Below, in pieces: positions 63,801 to 64,000 of a stretch of 64,000 nt of DNA. The stretch covers positions 134,664,001-134,728,000 of the forward strand of contig OZ024744.1 of assembly GCA_964016885.1 (NCBI GenBank), read 5' to 3'. Each line of letters begins with the position of its first letter. Position 1 is the stretch's first letter. The DNA comes from Eledone cirrhosa. Lineage: Eukaryota. The notes below the pieces were generated by a model, which searched no databases, had not been told where the DNA came from, and saw nothing but the letters and a program-made list of their open reading frames with translations. The translations under genes were made by a program, and so were the position numbers.

Positions 63801-64000
63801 TAATTTAAGTTGGGGTTAAGTTAAGTTGGGGTTAAGTTAAGTTGGGGTTAAGTTAAGTTGGGGTTAAGTTAAGTTGGGGATAATTTAAGTTGGTTAGTTA
63901 AGTTGAGTTTAAGTTAAGTTGGGGTTAATTTAAGTTGGGGTTAAGTTAAGCTGGGGTTAAGTTGGGGTTAAGTTAAGTTGGGGTTAATTTAAGTTTGGGT

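Larger units (their letters stand above)
1..64000 (+). repeat. Satellite array, 16-bp monomer GGGGTTAAGTTAAGTT, about 4,000 copies, extending past both window edges
   Basis: Read directly across the whole window. Common variants include GGGGTTGAG, GGGGCTAAG, GGGGATAAG, TTAATTTAAG, TTAAATTAAG, TCGGGG, TGTGG and the 11-bp monomer TTAAGTTGGGG. No unique sequence was seen. Confidence 0.99.
55870..64000 (+). repeat. 6836-bp-period duplication (about 62705-64000 repeats about 55870-57165), truncated by the window end
   Basis: Markers TCGGGG (55881/62717), GATAATT (55982/62818), AAGTTGAGTT (56150/62986) and AAGCTGGGG (57115/63951) are all offset by 6836. Confidence 0.85.

Noticed and set aside
1-64000. 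Protein-coding genes
   Set aside because: Each monomer has two TTAA sites, giving TAA on both strands, and the 16-bp period cycles through all frames, so every frame is closed within a few tens of bases.
1-64000. CRISPR array
   Set aside because: There are no unique spacers, leader or cas genes; the repeats are contiguous.
1-64000. Canonical telomerase-synthesised telomere tract
   Set aside because: Internal inversions and kb-scale inherited variant patterns do not fit repeated templated addition, and no chromosome end is visible.
1-64000. Synthetic or simulated sequence, or information encoded in the variant order
   Set aside because: Nested duplications, slippage indels of 5 and 16 bp and lineage-specific SNPs fit ordinary satellite evolution; nothing requires a code.

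Overview
The whole 64-kb window is one non-coding tandem array of about 4,000 copies of a G/T-rich 16-bp monomer, GGGGTTAAGTTAAGTT (TTGGGG plus two TTAAG pentamers), with many point variants and 11-bp slippage monomers. I found no ORFs, RNA genes, transposons or CRISPR arrays. The array is highly structured. I count 29 short blocks where the monomer is inverted (C-rich on +, typically 216 bp, about 5.5 kb in total). All share a spacer-less palindromic entry (GGGGTT|AACCCC) and an exit junction (GCC[C/A]AAAGTCGGGG), so they descend from one ancestral inversion spread by kb-scale duplication. Each is followed by the most diverged monomers in the array, and apparent empty alleles lacking this module also occur. 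Variant patterns show nested higher-order duplications of about 0.86, 2.2, 3.4, 4.3, 6.8 and 9.0 kb. The best reading is a eukaryotic telomere-like satellite (subtelomeric, centromeric or interstitial) maintained by recombination. The organism and function cannot be determined from sequence alone, and coordinates were counted by hand, so boundaries may be off by a few bases.
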